Shown: in pieces, positions 8,686 to 18,512 of the stretch
Numbering within the stretch: the stretch's first letter is position 1
Layout: the number at the start of each line of letters is the position of its first letter
IMG/VR virus record: IMGVR_UViG_2711768066_000004
Coordinates: 1 to 24,518 of that record
DNA length: 24,518 nt
Strand: one strand, 5' to 3'
DNA from: a virus
Lineage: Duplodnaviria > Heunggongvirae > Uroviricota > Caudoviricetes
Program-made: the position numbers and the translations under genes
Notes under the pieces: generated by a model
Seen by the model: the letters and a program-made list of their open reading frames with translations, nothing else
Database searches by the model: none
Told to the model about the DNA's origin: nothing

Positions 8686-9242
8686 AACTGACGCCTGTTA
8701 TTGCTGCGCTGCGTGCCCGCTGCCCGTATTTTGAAAACCGGGTGGCAGGCGCGGCACAGTTCAAAAATCTGCCGGAGGTCGGAAAGCTGAGACTCCCGGC
8801 GGCGTATGTGGTACCGGGTGATGACTCTCCGGGAGAAAACAAAAGCCAGACCGACTACTGGCAGGAGCTGAAAGAGGGCTTCTCCGTGGTTGTCATACTG
8901 AGTAACGGGCGTGATGAGCGCGGTCAGTTTGCTTCGTATGATGTGGTGGACGATGTCCGGCAGATGCTCTTTAAGGCCCTGCTGGGCTGGAACCCGGAGG
9001 CGTGCGGTAACCCGATTACCTATGACGGCGGCACGCTGCTGGATCTGAATCGTCATGAGCTGATTTATCAGTTCGATTTTTCGGTCATCAGCGAGCTGAC
9101 TGAAGACGATACCCGCCAGCAGGATGATCTGAACAGTCTGGATGAACTGCAAACGCTGGCGATTGATGTTGATTATCTCGAGCCCGGTAACGGGCCTGAC
9201 GGCGATATCGAACATCACACCGAAATAACCCTTCCTTCCTGA
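8682..9242 (+). CDS. Neck / tail-completion (sheath terminator-like) protein, Mu-type
   Basis: 186 aa; ATGA overlap with the upstream gene; position immediately before the small pre-sheath ORF and the sheath gene. Confidence 0.45.
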   Translation: MKLTPVIAALRARCPYFENRVAGAAQFKNLPEVGKLRLPAAYVVPGDDSPGENKSQTDYWQELKEGFSVVVILSNGRDERGQFASYDVVDDVRQMLFKALLGWNPEACGNPITYDGGTLLDLNRHELIYQFDFSVISELTEDDTRQQDDLNSLDELQTLAIDVDYLEPGNGPDGDIEHHTEITLPS

Positions 9243-9250
9243 GGATCCTC

Positions 9251-9418
9251 ATGTTTGTCAAACCTGTTAAAGGGCGGTCAGTTCCTGATCCTGCCCGCGG
9301 CGACCTTTTGCCCGCCGAAGGGCGAAATGTTGACGAGAACAACTACTGGCTGCGCCGTGAAGCAGCGGGTGATATCCGGCGCGTGAATAAAAAGGTGAAC
9401 ACCGATGACGATAAGCTT
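9251..9418 (+). CDS. Small conserved pre-sheath protein (55 aa; not in the supplied ORF track because it is under 60 aa)
   Basis: Read directly from sequence as ATG..TAA, MFVKPVKGRSVPDPARGDLLPAEGRNVDENNYWLRREAAGDIRRVNKKVNTDDDKL; overlaps the sheath start. A small ORF at this position is common in Mu-like tail clusters. Confidence 0.45.
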
Positions 9419-10901
9419 TAACACCATTCCGTCGAATACGCTGGTTCCGCTGTTTTATGCGGAAATGGATAACCAGGCGGCGAATACTGCACAGGACAGC
9501 GGAGCATCGCTGCTGATTGGTCATGCCAATAACGGTGCAGAGATTGTTGCCAACAGTCTGGTACTGATGCCGTCGGCAGACTATGCACGCCAGATTTGTG
9601 GTGCGGGAAGTCAGCTGGCGCGTATGGTCGAGGCTTATCGCCAGACCGACCCGTTTGGCGAGCTGTATGTGATTGCCGTTCCTGAATCCACAGGCGCGGC
9701 GGCAACGGTTACGCTGACGGTGACCGGGGAGGCAACCGAAACCGGCACGGTGAATGTCTATGTGGGACGTACCCGCGTGCAGGCTCCGGTGACCAACGGC
9801 GATAACGTCACGACGATTGCCAGCAGTATCAAAGATGCCATCAATGCCGTTCCGGCCCTGCCGTTTACGGCTTCATCTTCGGCAGGCGTGGTCACACTGA
9901 CCGCGCGTCATAAGGGGCTTTGCGGGAATGAAATTCCTGTCAGCCTCAATTACTACGGCTTTGGTGGGGGCGAAGTGCTGCCAGCGGGCGTACAGATTGC
10001 CGTGGCGACGGGTACCGCCGGTACGGGTGCTCCTGTTCTCACCGGCGCGGTGGCTGCAATGGCGGATGAGCCGTTTGATTATATCGGCCTGCCGTTCAAC
10101 GACACAGCCTCCGTTAACACGCTGGTGACCGAGATGAACGATACCAGCGGTCGCTGGAGCTATGCGCGTCAGCTGTATGGTCATGTGTATACGGCAAAGA
10201 TCGGCACGCTGTCAGAACTGGTGACCGCAGGTGACCAGTTTAACCAGCAGCACATTACCCTGGCGGGATACGAAAAAGAGACCCAGACGCCTGCCGACGA
10301 GCTGGCGGCAAGCCGTACCGCCCGCGCAGCGGTGTTTATCCGCAACGATCCGGCACGTCCCACGCAGACCGGTGAGCTGGTGGGTATGCTGCCTGCGCCG
10401 AAGGGGAAACGGTTCACGATGACCGAACAACAGACCCTGCTGTCTCATGGCGTGGCAACGGCGTATGTCGAAAGCGGGGTACTGCGCATTCAGCGTGATG
10501 TCACCACGTACAGGAAAAACGCTTACGGGGTTGCGGATAACAGCTACCTCGACAGTGAGACACTGCATACCAGCGCGTATGTACTGCGCAAACTGAAATC
10601 CGTCATTACCAGTAAGTACGGGCGTCACAAGCTTGCCAGTGACGGTACCCGCTTTGGTCCCGGTCAGGCGATTGTCACCCCGGCGGTGATCAAAGGGGAA
10701 CTGCTGGCAACCTACCGTCAGCTTGAGCGTGCGGGGATCGTGGAAAACTACGAACTGTTTAAGCAGTACCTGGTTGTGGAGCGTGATGCCAGCGATCCGA
10801 ACCGCCTGAACACGCTGTTCCCGCCTGACTATGTTAACCAGTTGCGTGTCTTTGCCGTGGTTAACCAGTTCCGTCTTCAGTATTCAGAGGAGTCTGCATA
10901 A
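9405..10901 (+). CDS. Contractile tail sheath protein (Mu gpL-like)
   Basis: 498 aa; AAGGTG SD; followed directly by a 118-aa tube gene with TAATG overlap; size and order fit the Mu L/M pair. Confidence 0.85.
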   Translation: MTISFNTIPSNTLVPLFYAEMDNQAANTAQDSGASLLIGHANNGAEIVANSLVLMPSADYARQICGAGSQLARMVEAYRQTDPFGELYVIAVPESTGAAATVTLTVTGEATETGTVNVYVGRTRVQAPVTNGDNVTTIASSIKDAINAVPALPFTASSSAGVVTLTARHKGLCGNEIPVSLNYYGFGGGEVLPAGVQIAVATGTAGTGAPVLTGAVAAMADEPFDYIGLPFNDTASVNTLVTEMNDTSGRWSYARQLYGHVYTAKIGTLSELVTAGDQFNQQHITLAGYEKETQTPADELAASRTARAAVFIRNDPARPTQTGELVGMLPAPKGKRFTMTEQQTLLSHGVATAYVESGVLRIQRDVTTYRKNAYGVADNSYLDSETLHTSAYVLRKLKSVITSKYGRHKLASDGTRFGPGQAIVTPAVIKGELLATYRQLERAGIVENYELFKQYLVVERDASDPNRLNTLFPPDYVNQLRVFAVVNQFRLQYSEESA

Positions 10902-11257
10902 TGGCCCGTATCGGGGGAACCTGTTATTTCAAAATTGACGGTCAGCAGCTATCGCTGACCGGTGGCATTGAGGTGCCCATGAACAGGACGGTCAATGATG
11001 ACATCATCGGCCTGGACGGTTCAGTGGACCGCAAGGAAACTCACCGTGCGCCTTATGTCAAAGGGACCTTCAAGGTGCCGAAGAATTTTCCGGTGGGCAA
11101 AATCACCTCGTCTGATGAGATGACAATCACTGCCGAGCTGGCGAACGGTCAGGTCTATGTACTGTCGTCTGCCTGGCTGCACGGCGAAGCGAACCATAAT
11201 GCCGAAGAAGGCACGGTTGATCTTGAGTTCCACGGTGAAGAAGGGGATTACCAGTAA
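10901..11257 (+). CDS. Tail tube protein (Mu gpM-like)
   Basis: 118 aa; translationally coupled to the sheath gene; conserved position. Confidence 0.75.
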   Translation: MARIGGTCYFKIDGQQLSLTGGIEVPMNRTVNDDIIGLDGSVDRKETHRAPYVKGTFKVPKNFPVGKITSSDEMTITAELANGQVYVLSSAWLHGEANHNAEEGTVDLEFHGEEGDYQ

Positions 11258-11526
11258 TGAAAGAGCTTGAGTTAAAGAAACCGATTACTGCTCATGGCGA
11301 GACACTCTCCGTACTGGAGTTTGATGAGCCCACCGGGAAGGATGTCCGCGAGCTGGGGTATCCCTACCAGATGAATCAGGATGAGTCCGTCAGACTTCTG
11401 GCGCATGTGGTGTCGAAATACATTGTGCGGCTGGCGAAAGTGCCGCAAAGCTCTGTCGACCAGATGTCTCCGGCAGACCTGAATGCAGCGGCGTGGCTTG
11501 TGGCCGGTTTTTTCCTCCAGGCCTGA
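11257..11526 (+). CDS. Tail assembly chaperone (G-like, zero-frame product)
   Basis: 89-aa ORF between tube and tape measure; contains the slippery heptamer T_TTT_TTC near its 3' end. Confidence 0.7.
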   Translation: MKELELKKPITAHGETLSVLEFDEPTGKDVRELGYPYQMNQDESVRLLAHVVSKYIVRLAKVPQSSVDQMSPADLNAAAWLVAGFFLQA

Positions 11527-11675
11527 CGGCTGAATACCTCACTGATCGCTTCTTTGACTGCGCCAGCTACTGGCGCATTAATCCTTTCGAATTGCTGAAT
11601 ATGCCGATCAGTGAAATTCCCTTACTGGTCAGTCAGGCAAACAGGATAGAGCAGGAGAAACGCACACATGGCTGA
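11257..11675 (+). CDS. Tail assembly chaperone, -1 frameshift-extended product (GT-like)
   Basis: A -1 slip at 11508..11514 joins the 11257 frame to the frame of ORF 11493..11675 (...RFFPPGLTAEYLTDRFF...), ending at a TGA overlapping the tape-measure start. Confidence 0.6.
11508..11514 (+). promoter_or_regulatory. Programmed -1 ribosomal frameshift slippery site TTTTTTC
   Basis: Heptamer T_TTT_TTC in the zero frame (GGT TTT TTC), 10 nt before the chaperone stop codon; the -1 frame is open for 54 more codons. Confidence 0.6.
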
Positions 11676-13500
11676 ATTTGAGCTTAAGGCGTTGATCACC
11701 GGTGTCGACAGGCTTTCTCCCGCGCTGTCGAAAATGCAAAAGAAAATCCGGGGATTTAAACGCCAGGCGGAAGAAGCGTCACAGGGTGGGCTGGCGCTTG
11801 GTGGCGGACTGGCAGCGGGTCTGACGCTTTCCCTGAAATCTTATGCCGATCAGGAAAACGCCGCCACCGGGCTGAAAGTCGCCATGATGGATGCGAACGG
11901 CGAGGTTGGAAAGAGCTTTCAGGACATCAATAAACTGGCTATTGGCCTGGGTAACCAGCTACCCGGTACAACGGCTGATTTCCAGAACATGATGCAGATG
12001 CTGGTGCGTCAGGGGATCCCGGCAGAAAACATTCTTGGCGGTGTTGGTAAAGCGACAGCTTATCTTGCGGTACAACTGAAAAAAACACCGGAAGCGGCTG
12101 CCGAGTTTGCCGCAAAGATGCAGGATGCTACCGGAACGGCGTCAGAAGACATGATGGGGCTGTTCGACACTATCCAGAAGGCGTTTTATCTGGGCGTTGA
12201 CGATACCAACATGTTGTCCTTCTTCACTAAAACCAGCTCTGTTCTGAAGATGGTGAACAAGGACGGTCTTCAGGCTGCACAGAGCCTTGCCCCCATCAGC
12301 GTCATGATGGATCAGATGGGGATGAACGGGGAGTCGGCAGGTAACGCCCTGCGAAAAGTTATCCAGTCCGGATTAAGCGTTAAGAAAATCAGGGACGTCA
12401 ATAAAATCATGGCCCGCCAGAAACTCGGGGTACAGCTCGATTTTACTGACGGCAAAGGGAGTTTTGGCGGTCTTGATAACATGTTCAGGCAACTGGCAAA
12501 GCTGCGACAACTGACCGACGTTAAACGAACTGGTGTACTTAAGGCAATATTTGGTGATGATGCCGAAACCCTTCAGGTGGTCAATGCACTAATCGATAAA
12601 GGAAAGGATGGCTACGATCAGATCCAGCAGAAGATGAATAAACAGGCCAGCCTGAATAAACGTGTTCAGGCACAGCTTGGTACGCTGTCCAACCTGTGGG
12701 AAGCAATGACAGGGACCGCAACTAACGGCCTTGCGGCTATTGGCGGTGCATTTTCTGGTGACGCTAAAAATATCACGCAATGGCTGGGGGAGTTGGGGGA
12801 GAAATTCACGAAGTTTGCGGATGAAAATCCCCGGGTTATTCGCGGCGTCGTCGGGCTTGCTGCCGGTCTTGCGATTCTGAAACTGGGATTGATGGGCGTT
12901 GGCGGTGCCATCAGTATTGTCAGCAGGATCATGTCGATGACGCCGATTGGCATGATTGCGACGGCGATAGCCCTGGCTGCGGGATTAATTATCACTAACT
13001 GGGATGTTGTCGGACCTTATTTTAAGAAACTCTGGGAAACCATTGGTCCTTATTTTGAGGCTGGCTGGGAACTCCTTAAGAAAGTTTTTGCCTGGTCGCC
13101 GCTGGGGATGGTGATCAATAACTGGGGGCCGGTTGTTAAGTGGTTTCAGGATATGTGGGACAAGCTGAAGCCAATTATTGAGTGGTTTACCGACAGTTCC
13201 GGTGACACGGTCGATGCCATTAACTCTGCGCAGTGGGGCGCGGGTGCTTATGATGCTTATGGGACGGGAATACCGGCGCGGGGATACACACCTTATCCGG
13301 CGGTGGATCTGGCTCAGTCAAACAACGCCTCCGATGCCACAGCCCCGAATCCCTTCATGATTAACAAAGCTTCTGCGCCAAAAGTTGATGGTGAGATCAA
13401 GGTCTCTTTTGTGAATTCGCCTCCGGGTATGCGGGTTATGGAAACACGTTCTAGTGACATTGATATTAATCACGATGTTGGGTACACCAGATTTAGGTAA
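11668..13500 (+). CDS. Tail tape measure protein
   Basis: 610 aa, helix-rich with a hydrophobic/Gly-rich segment (GVVGLAAGLAILKLGLMGVGGAISIV) and a W-rich C-terminal region; AGGAGA SD; follows the frameshifted chaperone pair. Confidence 0.85.
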   Translation: MAEFELKALITGVDRLSPALSKMQKKIRGFKRQAEEASQGGLALGGGLAAGLTLSLKSYADQENAATGLKVAMMDANGEVGKSFQDINKLAIGLGNQLPGTTADFQNMMQMLVRQGIPAENILGGVGKATAYLAVQLKKTPEAAAEFAAKMQDATGTASEDMMGLFDTIQKAFYLGVDDTNMLSFFTKTSSVLKMVNKDGLQAAQSLAPISVMMDQMGMNGESAGNALRKVIQSGLSVKKIRDVNKIMARQKLGVQLDFTDGKGSFGGLDNMFRQLAKLRQLTDVKRTGVLKAIFGDDAETLQVVNALIDKGKDGYDQIQQKMNKQASLNKRVQAQLGTLSNLWEAMTGTATNGLAAIGGAFSGDAKNITQWLGELGEKFTKFADENPRVIRGVVGLAAGLAILKLGLMGVGGAISIVSRIMSMTPIGMIATAIALAAGLIITNWDVVGPYFKKLWETIGPYFEAGWELLKKVFAWSPLGMVINNWGPVVKWFQDMWDKLKPIIEWFTDSSGDTVDAINSAQWGAGAYDAYGTGIPARGYTPYPAVDLAQSNNASDATAPNPFMINKASAPKVDGEIKVSFVNSPPGMRVMETRSSDIDINHDVGYTRFR

Positions 13501-13507
13501 AGACGAA

Positions 13508-13529
13508 CAGGGAGGGCCGCCCCTCCCTG
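13508..13529. terminator. Bidirectional terminator hairpin (CAGGGAGGG-CCGC-CCCTCCCTG) between convergent tape-measure and moron genes
   Basis: Perfect 9-bp stem with 4-nt loop, 8 nt after the tape-measure stop and 4 nt after the minus-strand moron stop. Confidence 0.55.
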
Positions 13530-13532
13530 AAC

Positions 13533-13979
13533 TTACTGTGCGAACACGCAATTTCGGCCTGATGGGGAGCCGACAATTCTGGACATTTTTTCGCAAATAA
13601 CAGTTACCTGTTCTCCTTTTTTAAGAGCAGCAGCTGTTGATTTTTCAGAGTCTTGCATCTCCATTCTTGCTGGCATGAATTCATTTTCAGTTCTGAATTT
13701 AATAATTATAGAGTCAGTAAAGTCCTTATCAATGGATTGTACGATACCTCTAACGGCGATTAATTTACCTTTTAACTGTTCATCGGTAGCGACTTCATTT
13801 TCTTCATACTCTTTAAACAGCTGTCGAGCAGTAGTGTTGTAGATTTCTTTTTGCGGTGCCGCAGCTTCCGTATCGGATGAGTATGAAGAATTAGAGCCTT
13901 TATCGTTATTGCCTGCAAAATATCCAATAATCACCAACCCGATGAAAATATATAAAATCCATTTTAATAATTTCTTCAT
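13533..13979 (-). CDS. Moron: membrane-anchored protein with N-terminal TM/signal-anchor, Ser-rich linker and a C-terminal domain that looks OB-fold-like (tRNA_anti-like type, recalled by eye)
   Basis: 148 aa, MKKLLKWILYIFIGLVIIGYFAG...; very low GC; opposite strand to all flanking phage genes; AAGGTG SD 6 nt upstream of the ATG; own AT-rich upstream region and downstream hairpin. Confidence 0.75.
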   Translation of the reverse strand: MKKLLKWILYIFIGLVIIGYFAGNNDKGSNSSYSSDTEAAAPQKEIYNTTARQLFKEYEENEVATDEQLKGKLIAVRGIVQSIDKDFTDSIIIKFRTENEFMPARMEMQDSEKSTAAALKKGEQVTVICEKMSRIVGSPSGRNCVFAQ

Positions 13980-14089
13980 GTTATCACCTTAATGCTAATA
14001 ATTTATATAGTTACAAATGGTAATGGCTACCACTACAAATTATGGCATTACCAGTAAATATTACTACTGATAATAAATATGGGACTTAT
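13980..14089 (-). promoter_or_regulatory. AT-rich upstream region of the moron; putative sigma70 promoter
   Basis: About 110 bp of roughly 25% GC with TATAAA/TATATA-like -10 candidates on the minus strand; exact -35/-10 pairing not resolved by eye. Confidence 0.3.
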
Positions 14090-15418
14090 ATGACGTGGAA
14101 AGACAGACTTCAGGATGCGTCATTTCGCGGCGTGCCGTTTAAGGTTGAAGAAGAAAGTGCGGGAACCGGTCGTCGTGTGGAAACACATGAATACCCGAAC
14201 CGCGACAAACCCTATACCGAAGACCTGGGGAAAATCACTTTCCGCCCGTCCATCACGGCTTATGTGGTGGGAGATGACTGCTTTGACCAGCGTGATCGCC
14301 TGATTGAAGCGCTGAATAAACCCGGTCCCGGCACGCTTGTCCACCCGACATACGGTGAGGTGAAAGTCTGTGTTGACGGGGAAGTCCGGGTCAGCACATC
14401 GAAGAGTGAAGGGCGTATTGTCCGCTTTGACCTGAAGTTTGTCGAAGCGGGAGAACTCTCTTACCCCACATCAGGCGTGGCGACGGCGCAGACGCTGATG
14501 TCATCCTGTTCTGCACTGGATGACTGCATCAGTGACAGCTTCAGCGGTTTCAGTATCGATGGCGTGGCGGATTTTGTGCAGAACGACGTTATCGGTAATG
14601 CCAGCACAATGCTTGGGTATGTTTCTGATGCGATGAAAGTGGTGGATTCTGCTGTATCGGATGCCGCCAGGCTGTTGCAGGGGGATATCTCGGTACTTCT
14701 GCCGCCGCCATCGTCAGGAAAAAATTTCGTTGAGCAGGTGCAGAAAATGTGGCGTACCGGTAAACGCCTTTATGGTAACGCCAGCGACCTGGTCACCATG
14801 ATCAAAATGCTTTCCGGTGTCAGCCTCGGCAGCGATTTGCAACCGCGCGGCGTCTGGAAAACGGACAGTAAAACCACCGCCACAGCGACGCAGCAGCGTA
14901 ACGTGGTTGCCAGCACTCTTCGTACGACTGCAATCAGCGAAGCGGCGTATGCCGTCACACGATTGCCTGCGCCAACAACTCCCGCGGTGATGCAGAATGC
15001 CGCAGTGGGGCAGTCAACAACACCCGCGCAGAGCACCGGCTGGCCTTCCGTCACGCATCCGGCACTGAACAATGCACCTGCGGTGAAAAACACGGTTGAC
15101 CTGCCAACGTGGGAAGAACTGACCGACATTCGCGACACACTGAATACGGCAATTGATAAGGAGTTGTCCCGTACAACCAGTGATGCGCTGTTTCTGGCGC
15201 TGCGCCGGGTGAAAGCAGATCTGAATGCGGATATCAACACGCGCCTTGAACAGTCTGCGCGGATCATTCAGCGCACGCCGGATGAGGTTTTACCCGCGCT
15301 GGTGCTGGCGGCGACCTGGTTTGATAACGCGGCGCGTGACGTGGACCTTATCCGGCGTAATGCTATTACGCATCCCGGCTTTGTGCCGGTGATCCCTCTG
15401 AAGGTGCCAGTGCAATGA
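14090..15418 (+). CDS. DNA circularization protein (Mu gpN-like)
   Basis: Contains WKDRLQDASFRGVPFKVEEE near the N-terminus; position after the tape measure. Start placed at 14090 because the first 16 codons of the 14042 ORF have moron-like AT-rich composition. Confidence 0.7.
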   Translation: MTWKDRLQDASFRGVPFKVEEESAGTGRRVETHEYPNRDKPYTEDLGKITFRPSITAYVVGDDCFDQRDRLIEALNKPGPGTLVHPTYGEVKVCVDGEVRVSTSKSEGRIVRFDLKFVEAGELSYPTSGVATAQTLMSSCSALDDCISDSFSGFSIDGVADFVQNDVIGNASTMLGYVSDAMKVVDSAVSDAARLLQGDISVLLPPPSSGKNFVEQVQKMWRTGKRLYGNASDLVTMIKMLSGVSLGSDLQPRGVWKTDSKTTATATQQRNVVASTLRTTAISEAAYAVTRLPAPTTPAVMQNAAVGQSTTPAQSTGWPSVTHPALNNAPAVKNTVDLPTWEELTDIRDTLNTAIDKELSRTTSDALFLALRRVKADLNADINTRLEQSARIIQRTPDEVLPALVLAATWFDNAARDVDLIRRNAITHPGFVPVIPLKVPVQ

Positions 15419-16494
15419 ACGACAATGTCACGCTACGGGTAAATGGCCGGGAGTGGAATGGCTGGACATCGGTGCGCATCGGTGCCGGTATTGAACGGCT
15501 GGCACGGGATTTCAGTATGGAGATCACCCGCCAGTGGCCGGGAGATGAGGGTATCACCACGCTTCAGCCGCGTATTAAAAACGGTTCAAAAGTGGAAGTT
15601 CTGATTGGTGATGAGCTGGTGATCACCGGCTGGGTGGAGGCGACGCCCGTTCGTTACGATGCCCGTTCGGTCAGCACCGGTATTGCCGGACGCAGTCTGA
15701 CCGCTGACCTGATTGACTGTGCAGCCGAACCGACACAGTTTAACGGACGATCGCTGGTACAGATTGCGCAGGCGCTTGCTGCGCCTTTCGGCATTGAGGT
15801 GGTGAACAACGATGCGCCGTCGGGTGTTATTCCGGATGTCCAGCCTGATCACGGCGAAACGGTGATCGAGGTGATCAACAAAATACTCGGTCAGCAGCAG
15901 GCACTGGCTTACGACGACCCGCACGGCAGGCTGGTGATTGGCGGTATTGGCTCAACGCGGGCACATACCGCGCTGGTACTTGGGGAAAACATCCTTTCCT
16001 GTGATACGGAGAAGAGTATCCGGGAGCGGTTTTCAGTTTACCAGGTGGCGGGGCAGCGTGCCGGAAATGACGATGATTTCGGTGAGGCCACCACCACCGC
16101 GCTGCGGGCCCGCACAGAAGACGCATTTATTGCCCGTTACCGTCCGATGTATATCAGGCAGACAGGGCAGGCTACGGGGGCAGGCTGTATTGCCCGTGCG
16201 GACTTTGAAGCCCGGCAACGGGCGGCGCGGACGGATGAAACCACCTATGTGGTGCAGGGCTGGCGACAGGGTAACGGTACGCTGTGGCAGCCCAACCAGC
16301 GGGTGATTGTCTTCGATCCTGTCTGTGGTTTCGACAATACCGAACTGCTTGTCTCGGAAGTCACGTTTACTCAGGACCAGAACGGCACCCTGACGGAAAT
16401 CCGTGTCGGCCCACCTGATGCTTATCTGCCTGAACCCGAAGCCCCCGGCGCGCGGAAAAAGAAAAAAGCCAGAGTACAGGAGGACCCGTTCTGA
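15415..16494 (+). CDS. Baseplate hub protein (Mu gpP / gp44-like)
   Basis: 359 aa; ATGA overlap with the gpN-like gene; conserved Mu order. Confidence 0.7.
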   Translation: MNDNVTLRVNGREWNGWTSVRIGAGIERLARDFSMEITRQWPGDEGITTLQPRIKNGSKVEVLIGDELVITGWVEATPVRYDARSVSTGIAGRSLTADLIDCAAEPTQFNGRSLVQIAQALAAPFGIEVVNNDAPSGVIPDVQPDHGETVIEVINKILGQQQALAYDDPHGRLVIGGIGSTRAHTALVLGENILSCDTEKSIRERFSVYQVAGQRAGNDDDFGEATTTALRARTEDAFIARYRPMYIRQTGQATGAGCIARADFEARQRAARTDETTYVVQGWRQGNGTLWQPNQRVIVFDPVCGFDNTELLVSEVTFTQDQNGTLTEIRVGPPDAYLPEPEAPGARKKKKARVQEDPF

Positions 16495-17042
16495 TGAGGA
16501 CGATTGAAGCCATGCAGCGACAACTCCTCGGCCTGATTGGGCGGGCCGTGGTGAAAAGCATCAGTGCCGCCACGAAATGTCAGACCGTGGATGTGTCCCT
16601 GATTGCCGGTGAACCCAAAGCCGGGGTTGAACATCTTGAACCCTACGGTTTTACCGCAAGGGCAAACAGCGGTGCGGAAGCGGTGGTGTTGTTTCCGGAT
16701 GGCGATCGTTCTCATGCGGTGGTTGTTACGGTGTCGGACCGGCGCTACCGCCTGAAAGGGCTGCAGACGGGTGAGGTGGCTGTCTATGACGATCAGGGGC
16801 AGTCCGTGACGCTGACCCGGGAGGGGATCGTGGTGGACGGTGCAGGTAAAACGATCACGTTTCGCAATGCACCTGAAGCACGTTTTGAAATGGACCTTGA
16901 AGTGACCGGACAGGTGAAAGACCTGTGCGACTCCGGCGGCACCACCATGTCAGCGATGCGGCTTGCCTATAACGGGCATCGTCACAGAGAGAACGGTCAG
17001 GGCAGTAACACCGACAAACCTGATAAAGCGATGGAGGCATGA
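16494..17042 (+). CDS. Baseplate assembly protein V / spike (Mu gp45-like)
   Basis: 182 aa; translationally coupled; conserved Mu order and size. Confidence 0.6.
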   Translation: MRTIEAMQRQLLGLIGRAVVKSISAATKCQTVDVSLIAGEPKAGVEHLEPYGFTARANSGAEAVVLFPDGDRSHAVVVTVSDRRYRLKGLQTGEVAVYDDQGQSVTLTREGIVVDGAGKTITFRNAPEARFEMDLEVTGQVKDLCDSGGTTMSAMRLAYNGHRHRENGQGSNTDKPDKAMEA

Positions 17043-17467
17043 TGGAACTGTGGCTGACGGTGAACGGTAAACGCACCTGCGCCAGCGCACCGCTGGATCC
17101 GCTGACCCGCGCCGTGGTGATTTCCCTGTTTACCTGGCGGCGGGCGGAGCCTGATGACAATGCCGACGTCCCGATGGGATGGTGGGGGGATACCTGGCCT
17201 GCGGTACAGAATGACCGTTACGGCTCCCGACTGTGGCTGCTTCAGCGCAGCAAACTGACCAATCAACTGGTGCAGACGGTAAGGGGGTATATCCGCGAAT
17301 GCCTGCAATGGATGATTGATGACGGCGTGGTGTCCCGCATTGATCTGGATATCCGCCGCACCGGGATTAATGAACTGGGTAACAGTATCACTCTCTGGCG
17401 TCGTGACGGACCGGTAATGATTTCTTTTGATGATCTGTGGAGTGCGATAACGCATGGCGGACAGTGA
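17039..17467 (+). CDS. Baseplate protein (Mu gp46-like)
   Basis: 142 aa; ATGA overlap; conserved order between the gp45-like and J-like genes. Confidence 0.6.
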   Translation: MMELWLTVNGKRTCASAPLDPLTRAVVISLFTWRRAEPDDNADVPMGWWGDTWPAVQNDRYGSRLWLLQRSKLTNQLVQTVRGYIRECLQWMIDDGVVSRIDLDIRRTGINELGNSITLWRRDGPVMISFDDLWSAITHGGQ

Positions 17468-18512
17468 ATTTCAGCGCCCGACGCTGGCAGAAAATATCAG
17501 TATGCTCCGTAACGATTTATTCGCCAGGCTGGACGTCAGCGACACGCTCCGGCGCATGGATGAAGACGTGCGGGCAAAGGTGTATGCGGCGGCGCTGCAT
17601 ACGGTTTACGGTTACATCGATTATCTGGCAATGAACATGCTGCCTGACCTGTGCGATGAGTCCTGGCTGGCGCGACATGCTGCGATGAAACGGTGTCCGC
17701 GCAAGGGGGCCACGGCTGCCAGCGGGTATATGCGCTGGGAAGGTGTCAGCGATGGCCTGAAGGTGACCGCCGGGAGTGTTATTCAGCGCGATGACCTGGT
17801 TCAGTACACGGCAACTGCCGATGCAACCAGCTCCGGTGGTGTCCTGCGCGTGCCGATCGCCTGCTCAAGTGCAGGTGCGGTCGGTAACGCTGACGACGGT
17901 ACGGCATTAATCCTGGTCACGCCGGTGAATGGTCTGCCGTCTTCCGGTGTGGCTGACACCCTTACAGGCGGATTTGATACTGAAGAGCTGGAAACGTGGC
18001 GCGCCCGCGTCATTGAGCGGTATTACTGGACGCCTCAGGGCGGGGCTGACGGGGACTATGTCGTCTGGGCTAAAGAAGTGCCCGGCATTACCCGCGCATG
18101 GACATACCGTCACTGGATGGGAACGGGAACTGTCGGTGTGATGATTGCCAGCAGTGACCTGATTAATCCCATTCCGGAAGAATCAACGGAAACGGCAGCA
18201 AGACAACATATCGTGCCACTGGCCCCGGTGGCAGGCTCTGATTTGTATGTATTCAGGCCGGTGGCGCACAAAGTGGATTTTCATATCCGCGTGACGCCGG
18301 ACACACCAGAAATACGAGCCGCCATCACCGCGGAGTTGCGTTCGTTTCTTCTGCGTGATGGTTATCCGCAGGGAGAACTGAAGGTATCGCGTATCAGTGA
18401 GGCGATTTCCGGTGCGAACGGGGAATACAGCCATCAGTTGCTTGCACCGGCAGACAATATCTCCATTGCAAAAAATGAACTGGCGGTACTGGGGACGATT
18501 TCATGGACGTGA
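17454..18512 (+). CDS. Baseplate J-like protein (Mu gp47-like)
   Basis: 352 aa; conserved order and size. Confidence 0.75.
   Translation: MADSEFQRPTLAENISMLRNDLFARLDVSDTLRRMDEDVRAKVYAAALHTVYGYIDYLAMNMLPDLCDESWLARHAAMKRCPRKGATAASGYMRWEGVSDGLKVTAGSVIQRDDLVQYTATADATSSGGVLRVPIACSSAGAVGNADDGTALILVTPVNGLPSSGVADTLTGGFDTEELETWRARVIERYYWTPQGGADGDYVVWAKEVPGITRAWTYRHWMGTGTVGVMIASSDLINPIPEESTETAARQHIVPLAPVAGSDLYVFRPVAHKVDFHIRVTPDTPEIRAAITAELRSFLLRDGYPQGELKVSRISEAISGANGEYSHQLLAPADNISIAKNELAVLGTISWT

Noticed and set aside
12589-12995. Minus-strand ORFs inside the tape-measure gene (12589..12780, 12666..12995)
   Set aside because: Embedded antisense frames within a continuous 610-aa coding region; no signals supporting expression.
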